Shown: positions 1 to 14,136, counted from the first letter of the whole stretch. The stretch is 57,339 nt of DNA, filler included, from Basidiobolus ranarum (GCA_040143965.1; 2 parts of 2 records of this genome joined end to end with filler, not necessarily neighbours in it), one strand, 5' to 3'. Numbers and translations are program-made. Notes: generated from the letters alone by a model not told the origin.

Positions 1-1
1 T

Positions 2-169
2 GGTGTTGCTATGAACCCCGTTGACCATCCTCATGGTGGTGGTAATCATCAACACATTGGTCATGCTTCCACCGTTGCCCGCGACTCTTCCGCTGGTCAA
101 AAGGTTGGTCTCATCGCTGCTCGTCGTACCGGTTTGCTCCGTGGTACCAAGAAGATTGCCGACAAATAA
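2..169 (+). CDS. RPL2: 60S ribosomal protein uL2 (L2/L8), C-terminal part; runs off the window start
   Basis: Frame 2 reads [55 protein letters not shown], the uL2 C-terminal signature. Not in the ORF track. Confidence 0.97.
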   Translation, partial: GVAMNPVDHPHGGGNHQHIGHASTVARDSSAGQKVGLIAARRTGLLRGTKKIADK

Positions 170-496
170 ATTCATACTATTTGATCTGTATTTTCAAATG
201 TCTAATTCAAATAAAAATGATCCGGATAAGCCATTCTCTAGAAAGATAGGTTTATTGTTCCCAAATATTTATCGCAATGAAGTATATGCTATCTGCATCT
301 TATTGTTCAAACATACACTGACCACGACCAAAATCTTCTCGATGATTCGTTGATAGCATTGTTTTTTTTATAGAAGATATAAAAGTGTCAATTCTATTTC
401 GAAATGCCATTCATCCTAGGCTTCACGAAACATGTCTGGTAATATCCTACAGAGTAGACTAAATTTCGAAAACCAGAGTACTAAAGCTATAGTGAC

Positions 497-1552
<1,056 letters not shown>

Positions 1553-1802
1553 TGCTTGAATAGTTTAATTACCTCCAACCAAAAAAGAGCAAAGTTGACT
1601 TATTTACTAAAATGAGAAGATCATTCAACGTTGGTTTGATACACAAAATAAAAATTAACATTGAAAACTTGGATATAAACAATCAATAAAACATCAGAGT
1701 TTGAAATAACTAAACTAGCGAATAAGCAAGCAAGAATATGAATGCAATTGAAATGGTACAATAAATTAAAGATATATGCTACAAATATATGTAGAGTGGC
1801 AG

Positions 1803-3334
1803 TTATACAGGTGGTAAGGGAAACGCATCCAATAAGTATTCCCAGTTGCTTTCCGTCTCTTGAAATCCTTTCAGTTGTAATTCGTTAGTGTGATACAAGG
1901 AATCCGAATTTCGTCTGCTAGTAAATCCACTCGAACTCTCTTCGTCAACATCAGAGTTACTAGGACTTTCTACTATGGATGAAGCAGCACTGCTTGAGAG
2001 TGAGTCATCTATATCAGTTATTTCTTCTAAAAAATCTGGGTAAGGATTAGCTAGTTACTCAAAGGCCTTTCAGTGGGCAAAACTTACCTGGGGAATAGAG
2101 AATAGAGGAGAAAGGGGCTAATCAGGCAGAAAAAAGGGTTAAAGAGTATCAACATATAAGCTTAGAGGTTTGAAACTTACGTTCAGAACTCTCAAATGTG
2201 GAAGTCAGACCATGACCACCAATATGGAAGGAGCTTAAGCGCTTTTTGAGATGCTTTACTGTTTTGTGGAGATCTTCATTAGTTTGTACAAACGGAATCA
2301 GCAGATAAGATATGGTTTAGAACGATAATTACCACTGTCTAATTCAAAAAACGTTTTGGAGATTATTCCAGAGTTGGTATGCGGTGGATGACTCAATGGG
2401 GAGGCAGTATTGCTTCGATAAGTTCGACTATTGAAGCTATCCAACGAGCTGTAGTGTCTTGGGGAGCGTAACTTTTGTGCAAAGTATTCAAAACATTCAC
2501 CCCACCTATGAAAGATATGAACACCAGACCAATCATTTTAGTTTGTGTACTTCTATATGTTAAGAGACAATACTTACCAATTCTGTAAAATGGAAGAGCC
2601 AACTTGAATGTATACACTCGACCCATTTCTGGAGAGAGCAAGAATACAGTGACGACCTTTGTGCTCTGATATGTAATCTAATTGAATATCATTCAGCATG
2701 ATTTCGCCAATGAGCTGGTAAGTTGATTAGTGTTCCGACAGCCTACATAGCAATCCTTTTATGAGCATACCTTATGTTGAGCTTCTAAGTTCGATTCACT
2801 TTGAATATCGTAAAACCTGATCCAAGAACCAGACAAGACCGCTAAAGCCTTCTCCCAGACGCCACCTAAAAATCTTAGATCATTTCGAATTTTCTTAGAA
2901 GGTCTCTTCAGTAGTGACGAAGAACCGGGCTTCTCTCTAAAATGGACGAAACCAAAGCGAGCTGACGATGAAGCTAAACTTGAGCCATGGTTGTATAAAA
3001 AAGCACCAATATCCACCGGCTTGTCGAATTTGAAGTCATCAGTAATGGTGGGATCCAAAGTGGTACAGGCGTAGGATGAGTGAAGTGGTGTAATGAACTG
3101 CATCCCACAACCGGTACAGCGTAGGTTTTTAAATGGTTGAGGACCAACAATCATGTTCTGTCGACAACGAACGCATATCACTAGAGAATTTATTCAGAAG
3201 TTAGCGAATATTACAGTTGTCTTTGAAGTTGAGGACATACCCTTGGATGCGCTCAGAAACTGAACATGAAAGCCCACTCTGTCACCAGTCACTCGGTCCG
3301 GAAAGGAAACCTTTAGCCAGGATACACTTGACAT
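1803..3334 (-). CDS. Hypothetical protein with CxxC..CxxC zinc ribbon, PH-like domain and acidic tail; multi-exon
   Basis: Splices in frame from ATG 3334 to TAA 1803 with GT-AG introns. CVRC...CTGC, then WEKALAVLSGSWIRFYD...LIGEIMLNDI...VYIQVGSSILQNWWGECF (PH-like), ending WEYLLDAFPLPPV. Confidence 0.7.
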
Positions 3335-4429
3335 TTATGAACAAAAGAAAGAGATTTTGCTGAATTCTAGATAGATAGCTCCAGAAAGATTGATGTGTCA
3401 GAATAGATTTTTCCTCAAATCCGCCGCTCTATCTCAGCTCCTTTTATACTCAGGGGTGAGGCGGTAGTGTTATATAACAATTAGTGTGACGATGAAGGTG
3501 TATACAATGCAGTTCAGGTCAAACTGAACGAGATCTCAACGATGTGAGTACATTATTATTAGGATGTTCAACATTGAAACCGGAGATAATCCGATCCCAA
3601 CGAGAGAAATCTGTTCATTTATACCGCATATTGAGAACTTGTCAATACTGGAGATAGATTCAGGCTGATTTCGCAAGAAACGAATCGAAGTCACCGTCAA
3701 TCATTTGAAAACGATGAACTAATTCTAAACCAAGCTTTATCCGGTGCCTGCTACTTGGTCTTACTTCATGCAGCATAGCAAAGGGAAGTTTCTTGCTCGA
3801 CTCATGCTGTACTCTGATGTCTATGGAATACTACAGCAGCACATGATAATGTTGTGGATTCTTTTTACTGAAGACCGTTGAGCCTAACACTAGGAAATCC
3901 ACAATTGATGTGTGCGGAAACAAATCATCTATTATCTCAAGTATGTGTTGTGCCGTAAATTATCCGCTTGTTCAGCTGGTACAGATACTATTAAGGATGG
4001 ATCGAAGAGATTCCACTAGTATTCAATAGATTCGATGGATTCAATATAATCTATTACACATCTTTCCCCCACCATTTTATTTTGTTATAGCTTCATCATT
4101 ATATTATATATATTGGTTAAGTGATGTGTCAGTGACATACGATCCACATTGTAGCCAAATATTCCAATCCAATATTAATAGAATAATCGAATCCAATCAA
4201 TCAATCTCTACTTATAAGGCCAGTTCCGCCAGTCCGACACTCCTTTTATTATTATCTATTTCCAGCGAAAGGTGGGTGAACGAAGAGTAGATACTGCTAG
4301 AAGTGATCTTAAAGATAATGCAAAGGAGCCACAAGAAGCGGTGGGATTTCTACAATGGATTACAAGTTTTGGTATCATGCGTAACAGAAATGGTAATATT
4401 AATAAGTGGTAGTTGCAGTGGAATTATCT

Positions 4430-5078
4430 CTATACTAATGCACTGATAGTGAAGGTGCATATAGTGATGGCCATTAGTGCGATTACTGGTATAACAACTT
4501 TGAAGTTCTGCAGAGGTGCTCGAGATTTTACATATCTTGTTTGCATAACAAAATAATTGATTATACAAAAGAACGTTAATAATAGTCCCAATGCGACCCA
4601 GGCTATTCCTGCCCAGTCGGCGTCAAGTCCAACGACTTCAGTAACTTCGGTTGTGTCTTCGAATCTGAACTTTCCAAGAATCGACATACCCAAAGCTATC
4701 ACTACTAAACAAAAGCGAAACTCGGCTAGGTAGGTACGCTCATTAGCTAAGAAAAAATGTATAAACATTACTAAACTCTTACAATAAAAAATTCACATTC
4801 ACCTTACCCAAATGATCTCGAGCAGTGCTACCACTATTTGGGACTACAACTATGGATTTGAACCATCGAGTATCTATCAACGGTGATTCCTTAATTTCCT
4901 TTGGCTCGCAAGTATTTGGAGGCTCCTCGGTAAGTTTGGGACTCTTAGTTGGCTCATCCTTAAGTACCTCCACGCTGGCTTGCTCAGCAGAAACTAGGGC
5001 TACATCTCCTTGAGAAGCATCTGCACTGGGTTCTCGTTTCTCTCCCAGATCAATGGACTTATTTGATATTGTGGGCAT
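4430..5078 (-). CDS. DUF202 (YidH/VTC-like three-TM) membrane protein, 2 exons
   Basis: Intron 4747-4807 joins NSGSTARDHL to ANERTYLA; three hydrophobic segments follow. Confidence 0.88.
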
Positions 5079-5688
5079 TAGTGTGAATATCTAGATCTAC
5101 AATCTGTCTCAACCTCTACTTAAATAGATTCTGTATCCTATAGGAATGCTAGAAGGATATGATATTACCTCACCAAATCAAGGTGAACACAGACTCTAAA
5201 TGGCGCAATAGCACGAATGTGACTCTGAATATAGCTACGAGATGGCAAAATACGCAACAAATAAATATCCAAAGCACCCTAAACCTAGCTTCTGTGTGAA
5301 AGTGACCAAGTAGACAGTATCCCAATTAGGATAATTTTACGACAGGGGAAACCCTAATAAGGGAAATTCGGGGCCAAATATTATCCGTAATGTCCGAGTT
5401 AAGGTCAAAGTAGTAAGGATGGTTGAGATTCTGATGAATAACGATTACTAAGAAGATGGTAAAAACGATCAAATAATGTTTACTAAGATATTACTCTAAG
5501 TAGCCCAATAACAAAATGAAAGAATTGTCGTTGGTGAGGATGTTTATATAAAGAGAAATGGATCATAACAAGTCAGAAATTCAATATGTAACCAAAGTAA
5601 AGAAAAATTGCCCAAGAAATTCTAAATTCCCCATGAAGCGAGGAGTCTATATACAAGGTTAGGAGTAAGCCTTCTTTCCGGACGTGAA

Positions 5689-6108
5689 TTAGTTGTCCAC
5701 TGGAAATAGATCGTCATCCTCTTGTTCACGGCGTTTATTGTACTCCTCGTCTTCTTCATCACTATCCTTCTCATTGTCGAGATCGCTGTCGTCTTCCTCC
5801 TCTCCGATAGGAAGATATGATTGGTAAGGATATGGTGTTTTAGGAGGGTGGTACTCGTGAGCCTCAGTATTGACGTCTTCGCTGAACTTCAAAGTCATGC
5901 CAGGTTTCTTGGGGACTGGTCGTGTAGCAGGAGGCAAAGGTTCTCTTGAGGTGTTGCGTATACCTACCAATGGCTTTCCGAACTCTCCATTTGACTTTCC
6001 GATGGAAGAGATGTTGTGAAGTTCACTGGGTAGATTGGAAAACTCCACGGTCATCCGTTTTGAAGAGTTCCCATTTACGAAATTCGAAGTGTTGTTTACG
6101 TCGCTCAT
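5689..6108 (-). CDS. Small disordered acidic protein with PKTPY motif (possibly PP1 inhibitor-2-like)
   Basis: 139-aa ATG-initiated ORF; MTLKFSEDVNTEAHEYHPPKTPYP followed by an Asp/Glu tract. Confidence 0.65.
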   Translation of the reverse strand: MSDVNNTSNFVNGNSSKRMTVEFSNLPSELHNISSIGKSNGEFGKPLVGIRNTSREPLPPATRPVPKKPGMTLKFSEDVNTEAHEYHPPKTPYPYQSYLPIGEEEDDSDLDNEKDSDEEDEEYNKRREQEDDDLFPVDN

Positions 6109-6693
6109 AGTAAGAAGCTAGTTTAAAAGACGAAAATTTCTTGGATATAAAAAATTTCGAAATTTAATATAGATCTGTTAAATATTTTTTTATAATGACT
6201 CAGCGGTTATAAGATATATTCATGTGGTTTCGTAATGAAAATGACGAATATCGGTATTTTTGAGGTCATAAATGATGTGATTTCATCACCACACTAATTT
6301 GTAAAGAGCTAGTGTCACAGCCGATCCTACCTTACATTGAAGCTGAACTAAGTAGGTCAAGGAGCTAGGGTGCCTCGCCACTAACCCCAATAAACCACTG
6401 CAACAATAAAGTCAGTAGGCAACATATGATCAGGTGAAACCACTTTATAAAACCCTTAATACGCCCAAGTATATTGGATGTTTTAGCAATCACAGCAATC
6501 AGTCAGATTTGATTTATCGTGTAACGTGACTATTTCAGAAGCTCCTTTGTTCTAGCTACTCGTGCTTTTTCATATGCTTGATGTTTTGACTTGTCTTCCT
6601 TATCTCAATTATTAAATATAATCATCCATCCTCCGCTTCTTTCCGAATAATAGTTCTTGCTTGGATATCAAAAGGGTTTATAATTCCTTCAAT

Positions 6694-8172
6694 ATGGCAC
6701 AGGTGGCTTCAAACTCTATTTACGAAATCACGAATTCCCCAGTATCAACAGACTCGACTGGTTCTTCTCTGAATAATCAACCGCCCCTCAATAGCCCCGA
6801 AGTTGAACCCTCGACCCATAACAAGAGAAGAAAAACGTCCCGCGCTTGTTCTCATTGTCAAAAGGCTCATTTAACGTGTGACGATTGTAAGTAAAACCTT
6901 ATTTCCTGAAGACAATAAGATAGATGTACTTATAACTTTGAACAATTGAAGCACGCCCTTGTAAACGTTGTATAAAGCGTAATCTAGCTACTACTTGCCA
7001 AGACGGTCAAAGAAAAAAAGCCAAATATTTACTAGATAATAATACTGAAGGTATTCATCCAGATCCTTTAAAATTTTGGAGTTTAATTCCCATTTTCTTA
7101 TAGAACTAATGTTACTCTATTGTAGTTGCATCAGAAGTTAATTTTTCTTCTTATAACCTACCACCTACACCGGGTTGCGGATTTGGTTCGAAAGCTCTCA
7201 ATCTTGAATATTCAGTCTTAAGTAACATGCTGGCCAATCCAGCAGAAAATATCATTGATTCAACTTGGAGCTCCACTCTGGAACAAGGTTCTGATAATAG
7301 TTTATTGTCCATCGGTACTTTGGTGCAGAGAAGCCCAAATCTAATGAACGTTGTACCTGCCGTAAGTGCTATATACCACAACCCTACGGCTCCATATAAC
7401 TATATCGAAGGATACCATTATCTGTTTCGATATATTAAAGAAAGGTACGTTTTATGAAAAAAAAGATACTTTTGAAGAGTCTGACACTTTATATTGGTTC
7501 CAGAATGTCCAAAGAAGAGATCATCCGTGTATGCAAAGCATTTACATCATTCCGGCCATCTTTTATCGCATTGGTTAAGAACTTGACTGAAGAAGATATG
7601 ATATATATGGAGAAAAGCTTTCTAAGAATTGTACTAGTTAGTAGAGGTTTTTCATTGTTGAAGTGTAATTGTAGAAGAAATTAATCGGATTTGTTTTGGT
7701 AAGGAATTTGAGAAATTGATTAGCTTTTCTGGAACTCCAACGGTAGTATGGCGACGAACAGGGCAACTCGCTTTGGCTGGGAAAGAATTTTCCTTGTTAA
7801 CACAATGGTCTAAAGAGGATTTATTCAGCAAGCCGACTTATATCTATGAGGTACTGGCTTCCTCTTGTTAATTGTTGCCTACTCCTGCTAATCTCTATCT
7901 CATAGTTAATGGATAACAAATCGGCGATAAGTTACTGGGATCACTTTGCCACACATGCCTTTGACAACTCTGAGCTGTCAGTCAAAACCAAATGCAACCT
8001 GGTTACGCCTACAGGGCGAATCGTCCCTTGTGCCTTTTGCTTCACCTTCAAACGAGATATATTTGACATCCCGCTTGCTATAGTCGGAAATGTGAGGTTT
8101 AATTCTAGTGCATTGTTGATCGACTTATACTTATGTTTCGTTGCAATCTAGTTTTTACCAATTCTCGGATAG
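6694..8172 (+). CDS. ERT1: Zn(II)2Cys6 + PAS-domain gluconeogenesis transcription factor (ERT1/AcuK/RDS2 family)
   Basis: [43 protein letters not shown] after splicing; RPSFIA, SGTPTVVWRRTG, and C-terminal RDIFDIPLAIVGNFLPIL. Confidence 0.9.
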
Positions 8173-8497
8173 GTACGATTGGCGCGATTGGGTTCCGTTC
8201 TAGTTTACATGTAAATTAGTTGCTCCCCTTATTCCCAGTTTTATTTAGTAACGAATGAGTGTATTAGGGTGTGTATTTTAGTAGGCAATGGTCCAACTCT
8301 TGTGTACATATTACATAATCATGTGAATATTTCTTAAGAACACTTCTTAACCGAGTAAATATAATCTTAATCTCAAGAATGGGTTTCAGTCAAAGGTGGC
8401 CAAGTACTTGAACATCTTTAATTATCTATTGAGGCATTCTATGTTTGTTTTCTTTACAAAAACCCTGGTGATTAAAATACATAAACACAACTACATG

Positions 8498-9974
8498 CTA
8501 GGCTTCGTTGGCCATTTTCTTTCTCCTTATTTCTCTTCGATTCAAGATCTTGGTCATTTTTTCGGCGAACGCTGCTTTCTTTAGTTGATGTCTACTCTTT
8601 TCTACTTTGAAGATAGATGGTTCGGTGAAAAACTTGTCCAAAGCTTTGGGATCACAATCGTCCAACGTGTATCTACCAAATTTACCATCACGGTATTGTT
8701 TAATAAAATAGCGAGCACCGGCAGTTAAGTCTGGCTCAGCTCCTTTATGCAATGCCCCAATTCGTTTGGCCACCGCCGGCAATAGTTCAGAGATATCGTC
8801 GGTAGGCTCGGACATCTTGAACATTTCAACGTAACTAAACGATCATCTCAGTTAGTTAAAGCTTCGAGTTGAAAATTCTTGCAATACTATTCACCTGAGA
8901 TTTCCAAACTTGTTAAGACGATGGAGCAAATAATCCGCCATAATCTCCTCGTCGGCAATGTGATCACGGATGCCACCTGGAGAAAGGTGAATGTCAATCA
9001 GTATCCAACTTTGGATGTTGTAGCCAGTCTAGAAGAAGCTTACCTGTTAACGCAACCTTTAAGGAGGTTAAGGGATCGGGAATGTGCGGGATCATGACAC
9101 CGGGGGTGTCAAAGAGGTATACGGCTGGGTCATCCCATACTTTGACCGTTCCAACAACTTTACGTGTAACGCCTGGCATTGGTCCTGTTCTTGCAGCTTT
9201 ACCTAACGATTTCAATAGTGTCAATACGAATTACAGAGTTGCTAGCATAAATATAATTGAGGCACCTTTGTTTAAGCCTACTCGACGCATTGAATTGATC
9301 AACGAGGATTTTCCAACATTTGGCATACCAACAATCATTACATTAACAAAGGGATATTCGAGTGGACTTTTCTTGGATTTATCTGTAAAGATAAGACATG
9401 TTATTATTACAAACAGATACACAGGTACCAAACCATAGAACCAACCTGCTGCCATTTTGATGATTTTTTTTACGTTCAGGTCCTGGTTCGCGTTGGTAAA
9501 TAGAACTTTATGTCCATGATACTTCTTTATGGCTTCAGTGATAGACTGAATAGAAATTTTAGTGGGTTTTCTACTTTTCAATTCTATACTAAGTATAGTA
9601 TACTTTCTGTGAACTGGGGTCAGCCAAATCGGCTTTGTTATATACGATAAGACGTTCTTTCTTTCCAACAATCTCCTCAAATCTTGGGTTAATTGAGGAT
9701 ACTGGAATGTGAGAGAGGAAAAAGAATTCAAGTCAAGGGTATTTGGAAGAAAAAAAATATTTCAATAAACAGCCGTCTATATGAACAGTTATTTCTATCG
9801 ATAAAGCAAACAAAAGGATATTCTTGCATCTCTGGCTTCTACTATAATATCAATCGAGTTCAACTTCTCCTGGATAATTCTCAAACCCTTAGCCATATGT
9901 CCAGGGAACCAATTGATTTTTCGGTCATACAAAAAAGCATCTCTTAACTTTGGAATAACCGTTTTACTCGCCAT
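8498..9974 (-). CDS. MTG1: Mitochondrial ribosome-assembly GTPase (RbgA/YlqF family), multi-exon, with an AT-AC intron
   Basis: [50 protein letters not shown]. Confidence 0.95.
9709..9821 (-). other. U12-type AT-AC intron
   Basis: 5' ATATCCTTTT, branch CCCTTGAC (9739-9732), 3' ...CTCTCAC. Removal restores DAR-IP; read-through hits TAG. Confidence 0.92.
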
Positions 9975-10245
9975 GTTTATCTAGTCAATAAGTCGTCTAC
10001 CCTATTCTCTATGAACTTGAGAAGGACGGTTTTTTCACTTTATTTCCCCAAGTGGCTCAGTCGAGTAATTGGAAAAATTCTCATCAATTTCTATTCATCA
10101 ATCATTTCTGCATAAGCCAATGACTAAAACAACACTTGGAAAGAGGGTATGATCCCTATATATCCTGAACTAAATTAATAGGTAAACAAACGATTCTAAA
10201 CAAGTTACAAACACTCCAAATACTTCAGCTTCTACAACTTGCGAA

Positions 10246-10585
10246 ATGGAAGATCTTCGTAGCCGTGATATGCGTGAAACCTTTGAAAGTACGTAAGATT
10301 AAAGGGATGGCTTCTCATCTTTTATTACGATTTATGATGACCATTTTATTGACCTTTACTTGCAGTTGTGAATGACATTTCAAGATTATTGGGAACTGGT
10401 TTGGACCGTGAAACTCTTAGTCTTTGTATGACTCTACTTGAAAATGGAGTGAATCCTGATGCTTTAGCAGCAGTTATAAAGGAGCTTCGACGAGAAGGAA
10501 AGAAATTACAGGTACTTTTTTTCAAACAGAGAATACCAAGTACCTTTTTACTTACCACTCTATGAAATAGGCCAGCGAGGAATAA
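10246..10585 (+). CDS. MZT1: Mitotic spindle organizing protein 1 (MOZART1), 3 exons
   Basis: ISRLLGTGLDRETLSLCMTLLENGVNPDALAAVIKELRRE is the MOZART1 signature. Confidence 0.95.
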
Positions 10586-10970
10586 TAGATAATTCATCTA
10601 CGCAATGTACTTTATTTAACTCTTGTCTTGTGTATATGCGCTATGGAATATCTCACTCTCACCCTCACCCAAATCAAGATTTAATACTATTTGACCCATT
10701 GTATCATAATAAAGAATTGTTGGTTAAATAATACCAAAACTTCACCAATCTCATATCCTCTAATTACCCTGATTTTATGGTGAAATATGTGAATTTATTC
10801 TTTTTTTTGATCCGTTTAAGAAAATCATAAATTGCCTCGATTCTTTTTTTTCGTCGACTCTTGATATTTTTTTCTGAACAGAAAAAAGTGAATTCTTTCA
10901 ACACGCGTGGTTGACTATTAGCTTCAATTTGCGTAAGCTTAGTACAAAGCTATCAGTTTCTTATTTCAAA

Positions 10971-12700
10971 ATGGAGAACGTTAACACTATCTTTGTTGAA
11001 GGAAGTCCTGATGTTCAGGTATGAGATATGTTCTAGTGATATGACCATACTGTTGTATTGAACTTTTAGTGAAAGTTTCCCAACTATTTCCTTGATGATT
11101 CTTTTAACGTTATATTCATGTGATTTAGGCTTTGGATTTTGCTTCTTATGTTAGTGACATCAAGGGCGAAAGCGGTGAGACTTCTCCTTATTTCGTAGAA
11201 ATCAAGGCTCTTGTTGAAGCCGAAAAATTCGACGAAGTTTACCAAAAATTTGTCGGTGAAAGTGACCTCCTCCTCAGCATCGAAGATCAAGGTACCTGAG
11301 CACAAGTGCCCAAGTCATTTCAAGTATATATAAATGCTAACTAAATATGTCTAGAAATCGAACTTGCTTTCAACCATCTTTTGGCTGTTCTTATTGGAGG
11401 ACAATCTACCACTTCAGAATCACTCCTTCAACAACTTGTTGATGCTTTGGTTAAGGCTGAGGGAAAAGCTAACATTAGATTGCAAATGTACCCACTTTTC
11501 TCTGAGTGTTTCTATCTTTTGGCGCATTTACCTAACCGAATTTGTTTACCCTTTTAGTCTTTCCAATTTCTTCAATGTTTTACCAGTTTCTTCCCCTCTC
11601 CGTTACAACATTTTTGTTGCCGTCATTAATGTTGCTTCCCAAAACAACCGTATGGAAGCTGTTTCCACTCAGCTGAAGTCTATCAAGTCTTGGCTTCAAG
11701 AGTGGAACTCCTCCAAGGAGCAAACCCGTGAATTATACCGCCTTTTGAGCGAGAAGTTGAACGCTGCTCAATACTAGTAAGGCTCATTCTATATAATTGT
11801 GATGATTATATCCTTACTAAACAAACTCATCTTTTTTTAGTAAGCAATCTTACGAATTCACTCTCAAGTATCTCACTTCTTTCGAATCTGAAGCCGAAGA
11901 AGGCAAAGAATTTGCCAAGAAAGCTATCGCCGAGGTTATCAAAATGCCCGGTGTTTTCCAATTCGAAGATTTGGCCAAATTACCCTCGGTTCAACTCCTC
12001 AAGGATGAAACCATCTTCTCTCTTTTGAGCATTTTCTTGAGCGGAAACCTCAAAGAATACCGTAAATTCATCTCCGAGAATGCTCAACTTTCTCAAGAGC
12101 TCGGTAAGTACCGTGGTTCTCTGATTCTTTTCTTTATAATAGATCATTAATTAAATTGAATTCGGATTGTTAGGTTTTAATGAAGAGGACAACGTTAGCA
12201 AAATACGGATGTTGACATTGGCCTCCTTGGGCTCCGAACATCTCGGAAAAGAGCTTTCTTACAGTGCTGTCTGTGAGGCTCTTGAAATTGACGCTGAAGA
12301 GGTTGAATTCTGGGTAATCGATGGTAAGTGCTTATAGAGTCTAGCGAACCATGAGAATATCCATACTAACGCACCAATAATAGTTGTTCGTGCTGGTTTG
12401 ATCGAGGCTAAGCTTAACCAACTCAATGAAACTGTTACTATCAGGTAAATTCAATGTCATCAAATGGTCGATTTTCTTAGGAACTTCACCTAACTATTGA
12501 TCACTTTTAGTCGTTCTACTCGTCGTATCTTCTCTACAAATGACTGGAAAGAGCTCAGCACTAAGATGAAGGGTTGGAAGCAGTCATTGTCGGACATCTT
12601 GAAGGTGATCTCAAATGCCAAGGTTATTGCTCAATCTAGTGTAAATGCTAATGGCAACGCCTCCGTTAGCATCACCACTAACGCTACCACTAATGCCTAG
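10971..12700 (+). CDS. eIF3m: Translation initiation factor 3 subunit M (PCI domain), multi-exon
   Basis: LSNFFN, KIRMLTLASL, VEFWVIDVVRAGLIEAKLNQ and STRRIFSTNDW across GT-AG introns. Confidence 0.9.
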
Positions 12701-12968
12701 ACATATGTCCCCTATCACATGACCCATCTTCCTTTATCTCCTCTACGCAAAATGAAACATAATACATTTCCACGTATATCCACATAGTGTTGTATTTTTG
12801 ATTGATGATTTATGAAGCGATCATATCCCGCTAATATCCAATGGAAAGATCTTTAAATAGCTAATTTTAGTTGGATTTTTTGATAATCTAAAATCTCGTA
12901 AAATTTCCTACTTATTAGAGGAGCAGATAAAATAGTTGTGGGTTGGAAAATAATTCTCTAGATTTTGA

Positions 12969-13748
12969 ATGTATTGTTCTCGTTTATTCGCCAACACCAA
13001 ATCATGTTGTATTATAATCCCTAATTATAAAAGATTTCAGTCTACTCTACAAGTACAACCTCAGTTGGCAGCTAAACGAGAGACTCGTCGTTGGACTGAA
13101 GAAGAGAAGAGCAAGTTAATAGCAGAGGTAGAGAAACATGGTACTGCTTGGCGAGTTATTCGGAATTCTTTTCCTGAGCGTTCCACGAATTCCCTAGCTA
13201 GGCTTTGGTACCGTATGCAATTGGAAAAGAACGTTCATAAACATGGTCGTTGGTCTAGAGAGGAAGATGAATCCCTTTTAGAATTGATGGATATGCCTGA
13301 GTATAGAAGTCGTTGGAAAGTTATCAGTGAAGCTCTCGGTCGTACACCCGAAAGTTGTATGATTCGGTGGCGCTTTAATTTAGATCCAAAACTTCGAAAG
13401 GGTAAGTGGACTCAGGAAGAAGATGCGACCCTTCTTGATTTAATTAAAGAACATGGTAGACGTTGGAGTGTTATAGCGAATAAAATAGAGCGCTCAGAAC
13501 ACTCTTGTTTAGTAAGGTATTACGATCACCTTGATCCCAATATCAAACAAGGTAGATGGTCAGAAGAAGAAGATCAAAAACTGTTGGAAGGAGTCCGCCA
13601 ACATGGCTTTAGGTGGTCAGAGATTGTTAAAGATATCCCTGGTCGCTATGCTGTTGGTGCCATCGCTCGTTATCGTTCATATATTCACAAACAATCTCAA
13701 ACAGAAGCTAAGCGAACTCCAACAATAGACTCTAATAAAGATAAATAG
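12969..13748 (+). CDS. Four-repeat Myb/SANT protein with presequence-like N-terminus, intronless
   Basis: Four W-T/S-xEE repeats (RWTEEEK, RWSREED, KWTQEED, RWSEEED) with regularly spaced Trp. Confidence 0.9.
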   Translation: MYCSRLFANTKSCCIIIPNYKRFQSTLQVQPQLAAKRETRRWTEEEKSKLIAEVEKHGTAWRVIRNSFPERSTNSLARLWYRMQLEKNVHKHGRWSREEDESLLELMDMPEYRSRWKVISEALGRTPESCMIRWRFNLDPKLRKGKWTQEEDATLLDLIKEHGRRWSVIANKIERSEHSCLVRYYDHLDPNIKQGRWSEEEDQKLLEGVRQHGFRWSEIVKDIPGRYAVGAIARYRSYIHKQSQTEAKRTPTIDSNKDK

Positions 13749-14136
13749 GTTTTACCATTTCATTCCCGACTCTACCTATCAGTGCATGAGCATTTAAGCT
13801 AATATGATGATTTTATTTAAAAGCATCAATTTATCGGAGCAGAGCGGAACAGAGCATAGTGACCCAGAGTGATTGATTCACTTGTGCTGCTATGATCATT
13901 CACCGTCAGGGTTAGCAAATTGCCAGAGCCAAGCTAAATTTAGCAAGTGCATGTTCTAAGTGACTGTATAAGATGGTCAGTTGTATGGATCGAATTCCAC
14001 CAACCAAGTGCTATATGTTCCAGGTCATCACTCCCACTCTGGTGTGTATAGAATGCGTCATCCCTTGAACGCTCTAAGGATTTGATTGCGCAATTTCCTG
14101 GTTTGTTGATTTATTTTGGGACAAGTTTTGTGAGTC

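Noticed and set aside
21-353. 110-aa ORF in the ORF track
   Set aside because: Out-of-frame overlay on the RPL2 3' end and UTR; non-ATG start.
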